From NCBI GenBank assembly GCA_013239625.1, contig MU055922.1, forward strand, positions 8,026,080 through 8,090,079: a stretch of 64,000 bases of DNA, read 5' to 3'. The position numbers were made by a program, and so were the translations under genes. Below are positions 50,201-64,000 of the stretch, in pieces (position 1 is the first letter of the stretch; every line of letters starts with the position of its first letter). The DNA is from Lama guanicoe (lineage: Eukaryota). The notes beneath the pieces were generated by a model. That model had not been told where the DNA came from. It worked only from the letters and a program-made list of their open reading frames with translations, and ran no database searches.

Positions 50201-51899
50201 TCTTTCTTATTCTAGGAAAGGAAAAAATACATCTATCCATTTCCCTCTTCGTTTTTACTTTGATTACACAGCAGCTAAAAATACTAGAAGCTGTTTCCAT
50301 TTAAGTAGATCCAGAATAAGATTATGAAAAGAGTGTGCATGTCTCCTGGCCAAGAACTGGGTCTCGGGGTTTCAAAGTGCGTTCATAAAATCTCTTTCTC
50401 TTTTTCCTGTTCCAGGCACTCTGGGATTTATTGCCTACCACTTTTAAAATAGGAAAAGACCTTTAACACAGAAAGAAATGAGCAGAGACCCTCAGGGACA
50501 GAGCCTCCTGTGACTCCCCTACCTCCCCCCTCCATCCACTCACAGGTGTGAGTGGCAGGGCTCTGAGGACATCTGAGAGCAAGAGGAGACCCAGGCATTC
50601 CATTCCACAGCCCAGTCTGACCCCACTCCTTCCCAGAGGCCTCCCACACACCAGCTACAGAAGACCCCCATCACCAGGAAAGCATAGCAGTGCCTTTTCA
50701 TGCCATTCTTCCACTTTTGCCATCAGATGGCCAGATCTTTACCCCTTCTATTAACCAGAGATATTCCAACAGGTCACGGCCCACCCCTCCTGCTCTCACT
50801 ACCCTCACCCGTCTCCTGTCCTGCCTGCGGGAGATTCTGGACTGCAGATCTACAACATAATGTGGGGAGCCCACATGTTTTCAGTTCACCTCTGGAAACA
50901 TCAGAGATTGTCAGCAGGAGAGAAGGAGGAGAGAGAGGCCAGGAGAGATGGGGGATCAAGGAGTTGCCCCCAGAATTGTGAAGGTGTGTCCAGAGCCAGG
51001 TTGCCTGTATCTGAAGCTTGCGTCTGCTACTTGCAAATGGCCTCTGACTTCACCTCTTCCACTTACTCATCTCTAAAAGAGAAATAGTACGGTCATGGTG
51101 AGGATTAAATAAGTTGATACATGTAAAGAATTTTGACTAGTCCCAGGGACACAGTGAAGGTTCAACAAGTGTTGGCTTCCATTACTATTGCAAGCATTAT
51201 TATTATCATCATTTTTTTTCTTCTTATATGTCCCATCAAATAGTCTCTGATAATTTTCCTCAGTCGAGATGGGTTCATGATTCTCTGTCCTTTGCTCACA
51301 ACTTCAAACAGTCCCTGTTTGCCCCTGGAATCAGGGCCAGCTATACGCAGAGGTGACCACTGTGGAGTGAATCAGGGGTCATCAGAAAGTCCCCCAGACC
51401 CCAAATATTTCTTTTCTCCCTTGGACCTCTTTTCTCTGCTTTTTAAATAGGAAAGACTCCCCTAGAGGCCCCTAGGATCCTGCCGTATCCTCAAGTTGCT
51501 CTCCTATTCTTAATTTCCTTTCACCAATTCTCCCCAAATGAGTGGTCTTTGAAACTCTCTCCATTACCACATCTTCCGTGCCCTAAATGGGTATAACTAA
51601 ACCAGTGCAGCTGGTTCCTACGAGGCCACCCTCCTCCAGCCTGGATCAGTCAGATGCAGGACATGTCACTATCACAAAGAGCCCCACGCACGCACAGTGC
51701 AGTCGCTCAACAAGACAAAAGGTGATTTCCCTCTGATGTAACAGTAGAAGAAGGCTGCCCAGGGCTGGTAAGTAGGGCCATGCCACTGTCCATAGACACA
51801 GCCACCGCTCTCTAGGGCCATCTCCCAGCCAGTGGGAAGGGTAAAGGAATGAGGGCAGAGAAGTGTTCAAGCCCATTCCTTACGCACAAAAGAACAGCG

Positions 51900-52720
51900 C
51901 CTTTTATTTTATATTCATTTCAGGCTTGCAGAAAAATTGCAAAAATATTACAAAGAATTCCCATATAACCTTCACCCACATTCTCCAAAGGTTAACGTTC
52001 TACCACACTTGCTTTATCATTCATCCTCTCTCTATTTTTCCTGAAAACATTGGCATGATTTACCTCTTTAGCCTTTACCTCTAAATAACTTCACTGTGTA
52101 ACATTTCTCCAAACAAGGACTTGCTTTTATACAACAAGCTCAATACAATGATCAAAATGAAGAAAATAACACAGACATAATACTGCAGCCTCATTGACAG
52201 ACTGTATTCAAATTCCATCCGTTATCTCTCTGATGTTCTTCATAGCAAGAGAAATAAATTTTTACTGACCCAGGATCTGATCCAGGATAACTTAATTACA
52301 TTTTGTTGTCTTGTCTCTTGTGTCTCCTTTACCCTGAGATGGTTCTTCTGTCTTTCTTTGTCGTCGTTCATGACCTTGACAGTTTGAAGAGTGGAGGTCA
52401 GCTGGTTTGCAGAATGCCCTCAGTTTGGGTTTGTCTGATGTTTCTTCGCAACTAGGTCTAGGCTGCATTTCAGGTGAGAATATCGCAGAAGGAGTGTATC
52501 CTCTGTGCATCCTGTCCGGAGACACTCGATAATCCTCTGCCCCAATGTTGGTGATGTTAAGGTGGTGTCCGCTAAGTTCCTCCACCAGAAATACTTGCCC
52601 CTTTTGTAATTAATAAGTGTCTTGTGGGAAGATATTTAGACACCACGTAGATATACTGCTTCGTAGTCACCCACTGGTCTTAGCACCCATTGTTGATTCT
52701 GGCCTGAAACAGCTATGCAG
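51900..52720 (-). mobile_element. Old L1MC-like 3' region
   Basis: GAAAAATTGCAAAAATA..ACAAAGAATTCCCATATA.CCTTCACCC motif typical of antisense L1MC ends (from recall). Confidence 0.55.
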
Positions 52721-55074
52721 ATGGACAGCTTGATCTCTGCCATGAAGATCACCCATTGGTAAAGGGCTCCTCCTCCCCCTGGATCATAAAATCACACCAT
52801 GTCACTCATCTGCCTGAATCCTTCAGAAGTTCTCATTACTTACAGGATCAAGCTTCTGAAGTTCTGTGTAATTGCCTCATCACACCCCTTCCTATATACT
52901 CCCACATCCAAACTCATCTCCCACTGTTTGCAAATACAATGGTCAACTCTGACCACTCAGCCTCCTCCCAGGCCCTGGTCTGCATGCTGCTCCTCCTCTA
53001 TAGCTCCTCCTCCTTCCGTCATGACAGACTTATTCCTCAAGATGCCCAAAGACTGAGCAAACTCCCCGGACATATCAGGCCTAATCCACGGTGGCAGGCA
53101 CTGTTCTGTCTGCCTCCCCAGCAGCCTTGCCCTTTCTCCTTCCCAAGAGAATCCCATGTTTTACTTAGAGATCCACTCATCTCCTCCTGCCTTGGGGCTT
53201 TAGGGACATCTGGGCTCCCTCCCTGCTCCAGGAGGTGCGTCCTGACTGATCTGAGCCAACCAGGATAATCCCATTGCCCTTGACACTGACTGAGTCAGAC
53301 AAGAACAAGCAACGCATTTGGGCTCAGTGCGATGTAAGGAGAGGCTGCTGGCACTGCTTCAAGGAAAATGTTCCTTCACTCAGAAAATAAATAAACGACC
53401 CAAAGAGGAGACACACATTGTCACATCTTTATATAACACCTGTGTCAGACACCTTGCAGCCAAACTTAAGAGGTTCTAGCCAAAGACATAGAAAACGTAT
53501 CGGGGATGGCCAAGCAGAAGAAGGAAGGGATCTGGGCTTCCTCTGACCTTCCTGAGCTGCTGGATTAACTGCCCCTCAAGTTTTTCAGAACTTTCTCAAG
53601 TCAGGATTTTGTTTCTTAGAGCTGAAAGCATTCTAAAGGATTCCACATTGCTCAGTTAATTACTTGGCAGCAAAGTGATTTATTGACATTCTGCTGAGAA
53701 CAGAGAGAGAGAGAAAGATGGAGAGAATTCCAGGAAGAAATTGTCACAGCCAGGGACAGGTCGTAACTTGGAGATGGGGGCAAGGGAGGGCCAGTTTCCA
53801 AAGCTTTCTGTTCTTTTAGCTGCATTGTGTTGCCTTTAGGTTGGGAGTCCATGGTGGGTTCTAAACAGCCATGGATTCTTTGCAGCCATTCTCTGCAGAA
53901 AGCTGAGTCTGTTTCCCCCACCGCTTGAACCTGGCCTATCTTTGTGATTTCCTTTGCCCAATAGACTGTGGCTAAGTGACACTGTGAATCTGAGCTTGGA
54001 CTTCCAGCGGGCTTGTAGCACCTGCTTTCACCCTCTTGAAAGACAAGTGCCATCTGAGGACAAAAAATCGAGGAGAAAGAGATCTCAGCATCCTAGCTGA
54101 GGCCACAGACATATGAATGAGCCCAGCCAGTACTATGTGAGCCATCCCAGCCCCGTCTACCCCAAAATGTCAACCCGCAGAATGATGAGCAAATAAGCAA
54201 TTATTTCAAGTCGCCGTATTTTGGAGAGGTTTGCTATGCGACAATGGAAAAATCATACAGAGCCTATACTCAAACTAGGGGAGTAATTTCACTTGAAACT
54301 AATTTCAACCCATTATTTCGTCCAACTGGTATAACCTATTCCAGAGCAACCTGGAAAAAAACAAAGTTGGTTCGACCAACATGTTATTATATCATTTTCT
54401 TTTATTTGAGAAAAATGTAGGAAAAAGCATTCTAACTACAGCCGTATCCAACTTTATTTGTCCTAAGAAATCACCCAAAACCCAACAGACCAAGGCGCTG
54501 GCTTTGAGGGAGCCTGAAGCAGTTGTGTCTAGTTTGGAGAGCTGGAGCTGGTTCCAGCTGGTTTGAGTCCGTCTGAGCTGGTTTGGAAGACATGTCTTAG
54601 CATCTTTAATTAGGATTCTGCTAAATCTAAAAAGGAACCGAAACCAACCCTGAATGTATCTCCACTGTCAAGATCTCATCTCAGATCACTCATTCACTCG
54701 CTCTCTGCTATAAATTATAACTATTTTGCACCCATAGGAACACCTTCCCTTTGTGGTAGATTCTGAATTCAAATCTCTAGTAGTGTTTACAGAGATGTGC
54801 CATCTTTGACTTTAAATGTGCAAATGTTTGCAAAAATAGACAACAGAATATGGTATTCAGCAAACAGGAAGGTTTATTACTGCCTTCAAGACAATGAAAG
54901 ATCTTGATTCTTCTTCCGTCAATGTTTCTTTACTTTTTTCTGCATGTTCTAGTCAGTGTATAATAATAAGTTACTTTTATAATGAAAACAGCAATGATAT
55001 CTACAAAATAGTGATCTATGGGCAAGTGATGCATGAAGAGCCTCTTAGAGACCGAACTGCCATTCCCTACAAGG

Positions 55075-56292
55075 TTATGTAGCCATCACCATTATTTACT
55101 CTGACAACATTTTCTTCAAACCCAAAACAGACCCCACACCCATTAATAGTCACTTTTCATGTCCCCCTCTCCCAGCCTGTGACGGCCACTAATGTACTTG
55201 TGGTCTCTATTAACTTTCCTATTCTGGATATTTCATGTAAATGGAATCATACAACAAATGACTTCTTTCACTTAACATAGTGTTTTTAGAGTTAATCCAT
55301 GCTATAGCATGTATACATACTTCATTCCTTTTCCTGGCCAAATAATACTCCATCATAGGGATATACTGCATCTTGTTTATCCATTCATTTACTGGTGGAA
55401 ACCTGGGTTGTTTCCCTTTTTTTTCATCTATAATAGATATTACTGCTATGAACATTTATGTACAAGTTTTTGTGTGGATATACGCTTTTGTTTCTCTTGG
55501 TATTTACCTACGAATGGAATTGATTGCTGGGCCATATGGTAACTTTATTATGTTTAACTTTTGGAGGAACTGTCTAACAGTTTCCAAAGTGGCTACACCA
55601 TTTTACATTCCCACCAGCCATATACTAGAGTTCCGGTTTCTCAGTGTCCTCTCCAACGTTTGTTATTGTCTGTCTTTTTTGTTATAGTCATCCTACTGTG
55701 TGTGAAGTAATCCCTTGAAGTTTTGATTTGCACTTCAGTGATTAATGATGTTGAGCATCTTTTTATGTGCTTATTGGCCATTTGTATATCTTCTTTGGAG
55801 AAATGTCTATTCAAATCTTTTGTCCATTTTTGCATTGAATTATTTGTATTTTTATTGCTGAGTTGTAAAAGTTCATTATATATTCTGGACACTAGACTCT
55901 TAATAAATACATGATTCACANNNNNNNNNNNNNNNNNNNNNNNNNNNNNNNNNNNNNNNNNNNNNNNNNNNNNNNNNNNNNNNNNNNNNNNNNNNNNNNN
56001 NNNNNNNNNNNNNNNNNNNNNNNNNNNNNNNNNNNNNNNNNNNNNNNNNNNNNATATAAGAAATAATTGACTAATCCAAGATCATGGATGTACAAGTTTT
56101 CTTCAAAGCTTTTTATAGTTTTATCACTTACATTTAGGTCAATGATTCATTTTGAGTTAATTTTGGCATGTGGTGTGAGGTAGGGGCCCAACCCCATCCT
56201 TTTGCATGTGGATATCCAGTTGTCCCAGCACCATTTGTTAGAAAGACTTTTCTTTCCTCCATTGAATTGGCTTGGCACTCTTCTTGAAAATC
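55075..56292 (-). mobile_element. L1 (L1MB-like) ORF2/3'UTR fragment, spans N gap 55921-56053
   Basis: Degenerate ORF2 peptides [29 protein letters not shown] and EWINKM..IPMMEYY. Confidence 0.88.
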
Positions 56293-58139
56293 ATAGTCAT
56301 GTGTTTTTTTGAGTATTTACCTCTGCTCACCTGGAAGAAATTTTTATTTATTCTGTCAGTTGATTAGGCGCTCCCAGTCCAGTTGTCCGTGTCCACACAT
56401 CAGTGGGTCCAGTGCCTAATAGCTGTGACTTTTAAGTGCCATGTTCCCAGTAAGTCTATAACAAATACTTTTTGATAAACTGATCTTGAGAGTAATCAAT
56501 TTAGTAAACATAGCATAATTTGTTTCTGATCAGGTTGATTGGTTTGATCCAGGTGGCTCCCTCCGATCAGCCAAAAGGACCAAACTGACCTGTGCAAGCC
56601 AACAGTCTTAGGATCAGAAAAGTGGAGGAATCCTGGGGATGACAACTGTCTACCAAGCAGGACCACAGTTTTGCCTGAATTGTTTACCTCTCTCCCATGT
56701 GACTCGTGGTTAAATCTTGACTTGTTCTAATCTAATCATAGTAATTTAAGTCTCTTTGACATGGTTTGATCTAGCAAAAAATATTTGACTCATTCTTGTC
56801 AAATAAGCTTCTGAAATATTTTTCCTGTGTCAGTAGAGTTGGTCCTTCTCCTTCTAATAGCTGTTACCATGCTTGCCTGGAATATGGCGGCATGAGGGGA
56901 GCCAAACAGGACACAGGATGACAGCACAGAACTATGAGAGGAATCTGGGTCTTTGATGACATTCTTGAGCCCCTGAGTTCACCTTGGTGCTCTCCTAGCT
57001 TGGGACCCAATTGGGTCAGAGTGCTTTGTGACTTGTACTCAAATCATTCTAACCAATACAGATCTCCTGACTTTTCACAGAAAATGCCCTCAAACTGCAA
57101 ACCTTTAAGGGGACTGTAAAGCTGTAAAACTGAGTACAGTGATTTAAAATTGTCTGATAGGAGTTCGCAAACTTAGCCCCAGATGAAGCTTCCCTGAGAT
57201 CTACAAGGAAGCCTGTCCTCTAGGCTGATGATGCTGGGGAAAGTATCATACATAAGTTGAACTCCATCCCCAGCACTGAGTTCCAGGCTTCTTCAGGGAA
57301 GACAGCTCATCTCTACTGCTTTTCTAAAAAGGAAATAGAGTTTGGGGATTAATGTGTTCAATATATTCTTATCCTCTAAAAATGTTTGGCTATGGGAAGT
57401 GCTTTTACATTCTAAGTGGAACAGCGAAATCTCAACATCTTTGGATTGAGAGCCATACATATGCAGTCTCCTCCCTGACAGTAGTCATTCTGCCCATGGC
57501 TGAGACCTCCAGCCAGGGCTGTTCACCAGGTTAGTAGGAAGGAAATTTCAGTTGTATGTTGAAGCCAGCATGTGTGGGTTTTTGAGAGCTTCCTAACTCT
57601 TCCCAGGTCCATACTCAGTGACATTATGTTGGTAGCTTAAAAATCAGTGAGAATATTTATGGCATGGAAATCAGCAAAGAGCTTTTTCTCTTTGGAGAGC
57701 CAGGTGTTCAATGTCACCAGCACACCACTGGAAATTCCTCTCTTCTGGGAATTAGAGATTCCTTTATACAACCAAGATATCATAACATCTCTCAAATGTC
57801 ATATCTGTAAATCAAAGAGAAGAGAGACCCCACTGTCCCTCCCTGAGGATGCCTAACTGCTAAAATATGACAGGAAAATTCTATCAATTTCTTTACAAAT
57901 TGAGTCATAGCCTCCTATCTCAAATTTTCCTTCTAAGGCTAGGTGGTTCAGGCTTTTGTTTTATGGTTTTCATTTTTATTTGTAATACAACATTGATTCT
58001 CCCTAATAACCTAACTGCCAACATTTTCATTTATTTTCTTTAAAATTGTTTTTTCAGAGTATAGGGTTACAGCAAGGCTGCTGTGTGGTAACTGTTCTAC
58101 TGCAAGCAAGGGCAAAGCCACAACTAATGACAAGGGCTT

Positions 58140-58947
58140 GCTCTGGAATTGCTGAAGTTGAGTATCTTTTCATATGTAATTTTTGTTTCTTTTTCTGGGA
58201 ACTGTCCTGGATTTTGTGCATTTTTCTTATTGATTTGTAATTTTTGATGTATCTTGGTTCCTAATTCTTTGCACAATTGAACTACTGATATTTTCTTATT
58301 TGTGACTCTCTATTAATTTTTCTTCTGGTATTTTTATACGTAGAAGTATTTTATTTTAATTTGGTCAAATCTATCAGTCTTTCCCTTTATGATCTGTTCT
58401 TTTTACAATTTAAGAAATATTTTCCTATTGTAAGATCAAAAAGATAGTCGCCTATATTTTCCTATAAAGGTTTTTAAAATTTTGCTTTAACAGACTTAGG
58501 CTTTTAATATACTTGGAATTTCTTTTTTCCCAGGATATAAAGAAAGCATTCAATGTTATTTTATTTCTCTATGTAGATACCTAGTTGTTTTAGCATCATT
58601 TATTGAATGGGCCATGTTTGCCCCTCTAATATACTATGTCATCTCTCATTTATCAGGTTTTAATGTACATATGAGTTTACTTCTGGATTTTCTAGTCTGT
58701 CCCCTTGATCTATTTGTTTATTCTTATGCTAATATACTCTGCTTTCATTATTATAATGTTACAATAAGTCTTAATATCCAATCAGGCATTCCCTACCATC
58801 TCATTCTTTTCTTCAAAAAAAAAAATGTTAGTCTCTGCCTGACCTTTGCTCTCTCATATAAACTTAGATTTAGATGGTCAAGTTCCATGAAAAGCCTTGC
58901 TGAGATTTGATTGGGGCAGTCCTCAATTTATAGATTAATTTAGGGAA
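58140..58947 (-). mobile_element. Old L1M ORF2 relic; continues after the LTR to ~59550
   Basis: T-rich antisense L1 ORF2 pattern (tagttgttttagcatcatttattgaat; gagatttgattggg...tatagattaatttaggga). Confidence 0.65.
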
Positions 58948-59332
58948 TGTTATGGGCTGAGTGGTGTCCCCCTTAAAATTTATACATTGAAGTGCTTATA
59001 TCCAATACCTCAGAATATGACTGTATTTAGAGAGAGGATCTTTAAAGAGATAATTAAAGTTAAATGAGGTCATGAGGTGGGCCCTAACCCAATACAATTG
59101 GTGCCCTTACAAGACAAGCAGACGAGGACACAGACAAGCACGACCACACAGAGACACAGAGAGAAGACGACCGTCTACAAGCCAAGGAGAGAGGCCTCGG
59201 AGGAAGCCAACCCTGATGACAGCTTGACCTCTGGAGGACTTCTGGCCTCCAGAACTGTGAAAAAAACTGATTTCCTATTATTTAAGCTGCCCGGTCTATG
59301 GTGCTGTTATGGTAGCCCTGGCAGACCAATCA
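58948..59332 (+). mobile_element. MaLR (MLT1B/C-like) solo LTR
   Basis: TGTTATGGGCTGA...CAAGCCAAGGAGAGAGGCC...TTATGGTAGCCCTGGCAGACCAATCA; near 5-bp TSD GGGAA/GAGAA. Confidence 0.8.
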
Positions 59333-59556
59333 GAGAATTTCGATAGTCTCCACATTGAGTTTTCCTATCTACAAACACAGACTCTCTCTCCATTTACCTG
59401 GATCTTCTGTTAAGAAAGTTTTACAATTTTCTCCATAGGGATCTTACAGGCCTTTTTTTAGATTTACTCTAAGGTATATTATATTTTTGTTTTTCATTCT
59501 GTTATTAATTCTAACCATTTTTACATAGATTTTCACAAGTTTCTTTGTGAATACTT

Positions 59557-59754
59557 TTTTTTAATTTCTTTTCCTTTTATTGAAGTACAGTAAGTTTACA
59601 ATGTTCTGTTAATCTCTGATGTACAGCATAGTGATTCATTTATACATACATATATACATATATATATTCCTTTTCATATTCTTTTTCATTATGGATTATT
59701 ACAAGGTATTGAATATAGTTCCCTGTGCTATACAGTAGGACCTTGCTGTTTATC
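59557..59754 (-). mobile_element. Short L1 3' end with ~12-bp TSD
   Basis: Poly-T then TATTGAATATAGTTCCCTGTGCTATACAGTAGGACCTTG; TTGT(G/A)AATACTT on both sides. Confidence 0.78.
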
Positions 59755-62054
59755 TTGTAAATACTTCTATCATCTAAATAATGACCATCTAATCTCCTCC
59801 TTCCCTATCCTTTTAGTTTCTGACATAGTGGAATGGAAGCACTGAAAGCTGGTATCCTTGTTTTGACCTTGATCTTCAAGATGATGCTTCTATAGCTGCA
59901 AGGATACACTGCATGTTTTTCTGAAGTTTTGCCACCTGACATCCTGCAGCACAAGCTCAGTAAATCCCTCTCCAGCCCCTCTTTCTCTGGCCCCTTCTCA
60001 CTCCTCTCCCTCAATTACACCCTCTCTGTTCTGAGCCCCATGTCTTGAAAATAAAGTGAAGTAATGTGGTCACTCACACTGAGACGCTGATGACTGATGA
60101 TCGATCGGGGACAGAGTCACATTTTAAGACAAGCATTTAGGTCCAAGGAATAAATGTGACGACTGGGGCCTGAGTGTTAACATCTTCTCAGATCCCAACA
60201 GTAATGGGAAACATCCCCAGCCCCTTTACAGCTCCTTTTGAAAATACCACTTCTCTGGCACTTGCTCACTGGGCATCCAGATCAGACCAGCTCAGAAGGA
60301 ATCCAGGGAAATTCCAAAGGATGGGGACTTGATGTGTCTCCTTATTTTAATCAAACCACCCAGGTTCACACCCACTTTGGCCTTGGGCAAGGTGCTTCTT
60401 CTGTCCTGCCTCAGTTGCCTGATCTGTCAAATGGGGATCATAGAAGCACGTACTCATGAGTGGAATTAAATGAATCATTGGTGGAACTTATTGGGAACAT
60501 AGTAAGCACTCGATAAACATTAGCTAAGACCATGGGATAACCATCTTGGCACTGCCCTTCAGTTACTTAATGGGTTTTTACATTTTTTTCTCTTTCCTTA
60601 AAAAAAAATCTCAAAATATGGTAGTTAAGTGTCACTCTATCCCCTGTGTTCCACCCTGCGGCCTGGCACAGAATACCGCTCCAGTTCATTGGTAGGCGTT
60701 CATCCAACCCTGCCTGGTGACAATCACACGCTACTCTCTTTGCCTTTTTTTTTAGTATTTAGGGTTGAATGCCACTGGCTTTCTATCCACAATGAATGAA
60801 ATGCCGAGCAAGAAGAAAGCAATTGCAAAAGGACCAAGCCAAACATGACCCTGGAGACACTGGCACCCTGGGGAAACCCCAGGCAGGGCCCGGGTTACAG
60901 CCACACCTCCTAGAAAGTCTGTTGCTCAGTGGGCATGATACGCTTGATGACATTCATGCCAAAGTCCCGGGGTTGGGGGGCGGGAAGAATGAGTGACTGG
61001 CCTCATTTCTTTTCAGTGATACCTGTCAGGCAGTGAGATTGCTAGACCTTAACGTCTGGAAGGGCAGACAGCTGCCACTCCTGTTTAGCATGTGACGCCA
61101 GCACCTCGCACCATGCCTGGTGCATGCAGGCACTTAACAAGTAGACACAAGTTTAATTTTCCCTGCATCCGCCCCCAGTTAGGCCTAATGCAGGTCTAGA
61201 CACACAGTAGGTAGTTAATAAATATCAGTGGGGACTTGGAGTGATGACTGCGCTGCAAAAGCGGCGTCCGCCTCAGTGAGCTGAGTCGCTGACGGGCGAT
61301 CCCCCGTCCTGCGACACTCTTCTGTTGTCCTGGTTGAAGTGCACACACCCTCGATACGCTGCTGTGGAGGGGAAGGTAAATCGCGAAACAAACACAGCTG
61401 TGTCCACTCAGCAAGCTGTTTTGCCTGCAGTGATGAAGACTCAGGTGTTACTGTCATTCTCAGCAGCAGCAAGGCTGTATTGAGGACCTAAGCTGGGTCA
61501 CGCACGGTGTGGGTTCACAGGGTATGACAAGGCACACACGAACGAGCTCAGCAAGGCTTCAGCCCAGGAAAACAGAAGCTCTGACACAGAAGGTGATTGG
61601 AAGGGGCAGAAGAGCAAAGACCAGCTCTCAGGTTTGCCTCTAGCTTTTAGAAAAATCAAGAGCTTCCAGGACTGCTGGAAACCACCACTGGTGACCCCAG
61701 CTGCCTCCAGCACCAAGGTAGGAAGTTTTCAGGGGACCACCCAGCCACACAAGTGCCCCCACAGCCAGAGGAGCAAGAAAAACACTTCTGTCTCTCGTTC
61801 TCCCTCTAAGTCTCAGGCAAATGCCTCTCGCTGGAGGACTACAACTGAGACTGCTGGCTGTAAAGGATTCTGGGAGGGGGGAGGGTCTCAGAATTTCAAA
61901 CGCTGGGATAAGGGTGGAGTATAGATGGGCTGGAATGATGTTGAGTTGTCAAAGATCATTATGAAAAGCTTTTCAATGTAAATTTAGAAAAACAACATTC
62001 GAAGGCAGTTAACCCTTGCTAAGGACTTGAGAAACAATACAATACAAGCATTGT

Positions 62055-62282
62055 CATTAAGAGGTACAAACTACTCAGTATAACAAAAAGAAGCTACAAG
62101 GATATATTGTGCAGCATGGGGAATAGAGCCAGCATTTTATAATAAACTATAAATGCAATGTCATCTAGAAAACTTTAAATCACTGTATTGTACACCTGAA
62201 ATAATATATTGTCATATAATAATGAGGGAAGTCAATGATGTCTCAATAAAAAAATAATTTTAAAATAAAAAATAAATTTTAA
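62055..62282 (+). mobile_element. L1 3'UTR fragment with A-rich tail
   Basis: AAGAGGTACAAACT...TTGTACACCTGAAA...CTCAATAAAAAA. Confidence 0.7.
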
Positions 62283-63129
62283 AAGAAGGATAAGGATTGC
62301 CATGAGAGTTGGAGCCTTTGAAGCGGGCTTTGGATAGAGCCATACTCCAAGACAAGACTCTGTCAAACAGATACTGAAAAAGAAGGAAAGCACATGGAAG
62401 TGAGTCTGCATGCATTTATTCACTCACTGACTCATGCATTTAGCCATCCATTCAGCAGACGTTTATTGCCAGGCATTGGGCTAGGCACTTGGGCTTCTAG
62501 ACAGTAAGGAGCCACTGGTTGTTTCTAGGAAAAGAAATAATGAGATTTTTACTACAGGGAGAGCATTCTGAAAACGCGTATGCATATAGACAACTGAAAG
62601 GGCCCGCACTTCAGAGTCATCAGTGCTTATCTCTGGATGATATGATTGTGGATAAATGTTATTTTCTTTTCTAATTCTTTCAGTCTTTTCCAAATATCCT
62701 ACCGTAAATGTGTACAACTTTTTATCAGAAAAAATTTAAGGAAGAACATAGAAAGCTCCAACTGGTAACAGTGCAAAAGAAATCCGTCACATCTTTGTCC
62801 TCTGATGTTTTCTGGCTAGGATGCCCTTCCTCTGCTCTCACTTTCTTCCTCTTCATCTGGTTGCCTTCTATTTATTCCTCCATTTTCAGCTGGAACTTTC
62901 CTTCACTGAAAAAACTTGCCTGCCCCCTAAGGCTAGGCTAGGTCTCCAAGTTTGACACTTTCAGCCCCTGGGGTTCCCTACCTGTCATACTTACAAGTAT
63001 GGGTTGGATGTCTGTTTTTCTCATCAGAATGTAAGCCCCACAGGGCATGCGTCATACCCACCTGGCTCACAGCTGCTTCCCAGGCACGCTGGTGACTCCA
63101 TAAATATCGCTGGGATGAATCAACAGTGA

Positions 63130-64000
63130 CCATAAAGGATGTAAGACTGAAGACCAGGCAGATTAGTAAGGAGGTGATTATGATAGTTTGGACAAGGGAG
63201 GAATATTGCCCAAACTAATGAAAAGGCAGAGTGACGAAGGGGAGGAAACAGACCATGGAACTGTTATGGTATCAAATCTGCAGAACTTAGTGACGTCTTC
63301 TTGGATTCATCCAATAAGAAGTAGAGGTTGGGGAAATGTTTTGGAGGTAGAACTGACAGGACTTGCTGATGGATTAAAGGTGAGGATGCTGCAAAGAGAA
63401 CTATCAAGAAGGTATCAAGGGTTTTGGTCTTGAGCAGCTGGATATATGATAATACAATTTCCTGAGATGGAGAAGGCATTTGGAAGGCATGGGTTGGTGA
63501 TCAAGAGTTCCAACTTTGGACAAGAAGTAAGGATGGATGAGAAGTAAGGATGGGTGAGAAATGTAAGGGAAACTTCAGATTTTGGCTTGGGGCTTACTCT
63601 CTTAGGCAGGAAATACAGAAGGTGAACCTAGCTTGAAGAGAAGTATGAATTCAGTTTTGGATATGTTGAGTTTGAGGCGTTCACTGAGATATCCAAGATA
63701 TCCAATGAGATTATGCGGGTCTAGAATTCATGAGAGATTTCTGGAAAGAGACAGAAATGTGGACTTAGTGGTGGTAGTTAAAGCCATTGGGTGAATGGGA
63801 ACACGTATAAAATGAGAAGGGCAGAAAGACACTGACATCAAAACCCTTGGGGAACTGATATTTGTGGAAGAAGAGATGTCCTGAAAGGATACTGAAACAG
63901 AACTGTCAGAGGGGTAAGAATATCAGATTACCTGAAACAGAGTTCCATTTTGATCAAAGCAAGAGTTCAAAGAAGGGAACAGTACATTGGCATGGGAATT
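63130..64000 (-). mobile_element. L2 LINE relic
   Basis: GGAGGTAGAACTGACAGGACTTGCTGATGGATT; TTCAGTTTTGGATATGTTGAGTTTGAG. Confidence 0.65.

Noticed and set aside
55219-55919. ORFs with L1 ORF2-like peptides (also 14664 and 31909)
   Set aside because: Fragmented, frameshifted retrotransposon relics, not functional genes.
63522-63560. Short tandem duplication AGAAGTAAGGATGG(A/G)TG twice
   Set aside because: Local slippage inside an L2 relic with no sign of function.
50200-64000. Search for a second gene upstream of TNN
   Set aside because: Only interspersed repeats and unique non-coding sequence were recognisable; I could not support any exon.

Overview
Mammalian genomic DNA. A tRNA-Ala-derived SINE that looks like the camelid Vic-1 family, plus an internally deleted Tigger1, suggest a camelid or other artiodactyl (inference). 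Five short N gaps point to a short-read scaffold. The window holds most of the tenascin-N / tenascin-W gene (TNN) on the minus strand. The exons are: a probable non-coding exon 1 at ~50.0 kb; exon 2 (signal peptide plus tenascin assembly domain); exon 3 (EGF-like repeats); exons 4-15 (ten FN3 domains); and the first fibrinogen-globe exons, with the gene running off the left edge. I located all splice junctions by hand; all are GT-AG with consistent phases. The most notable structure is an array of six almost identical 264-nt-type FN3 exons (9.2-20.1 kb) set in much more diverged introns, the pattern expected from exon-restricted concerted evolution. Two of these copies carry frameshifting micro-deletions (-2 nt and -5 nt) but keep intact splice sites. 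They could be dying cassette exons, a loss-of-function allele or assembly errors. The protein also carries several candidate integrin motifs (RGD twice, IDG, repeated KGD). The rest of the window is ordinary intronic/intergenic DNA with L1, L2, MIR, MaLR/ERV LTRs and DNA transposon relics. Repeat subfamily names and comparisons to human/mouse TNN come from recall, not from a search. Nearly all ORFs in the supplied track are spurious or are shadows of TNN exons.
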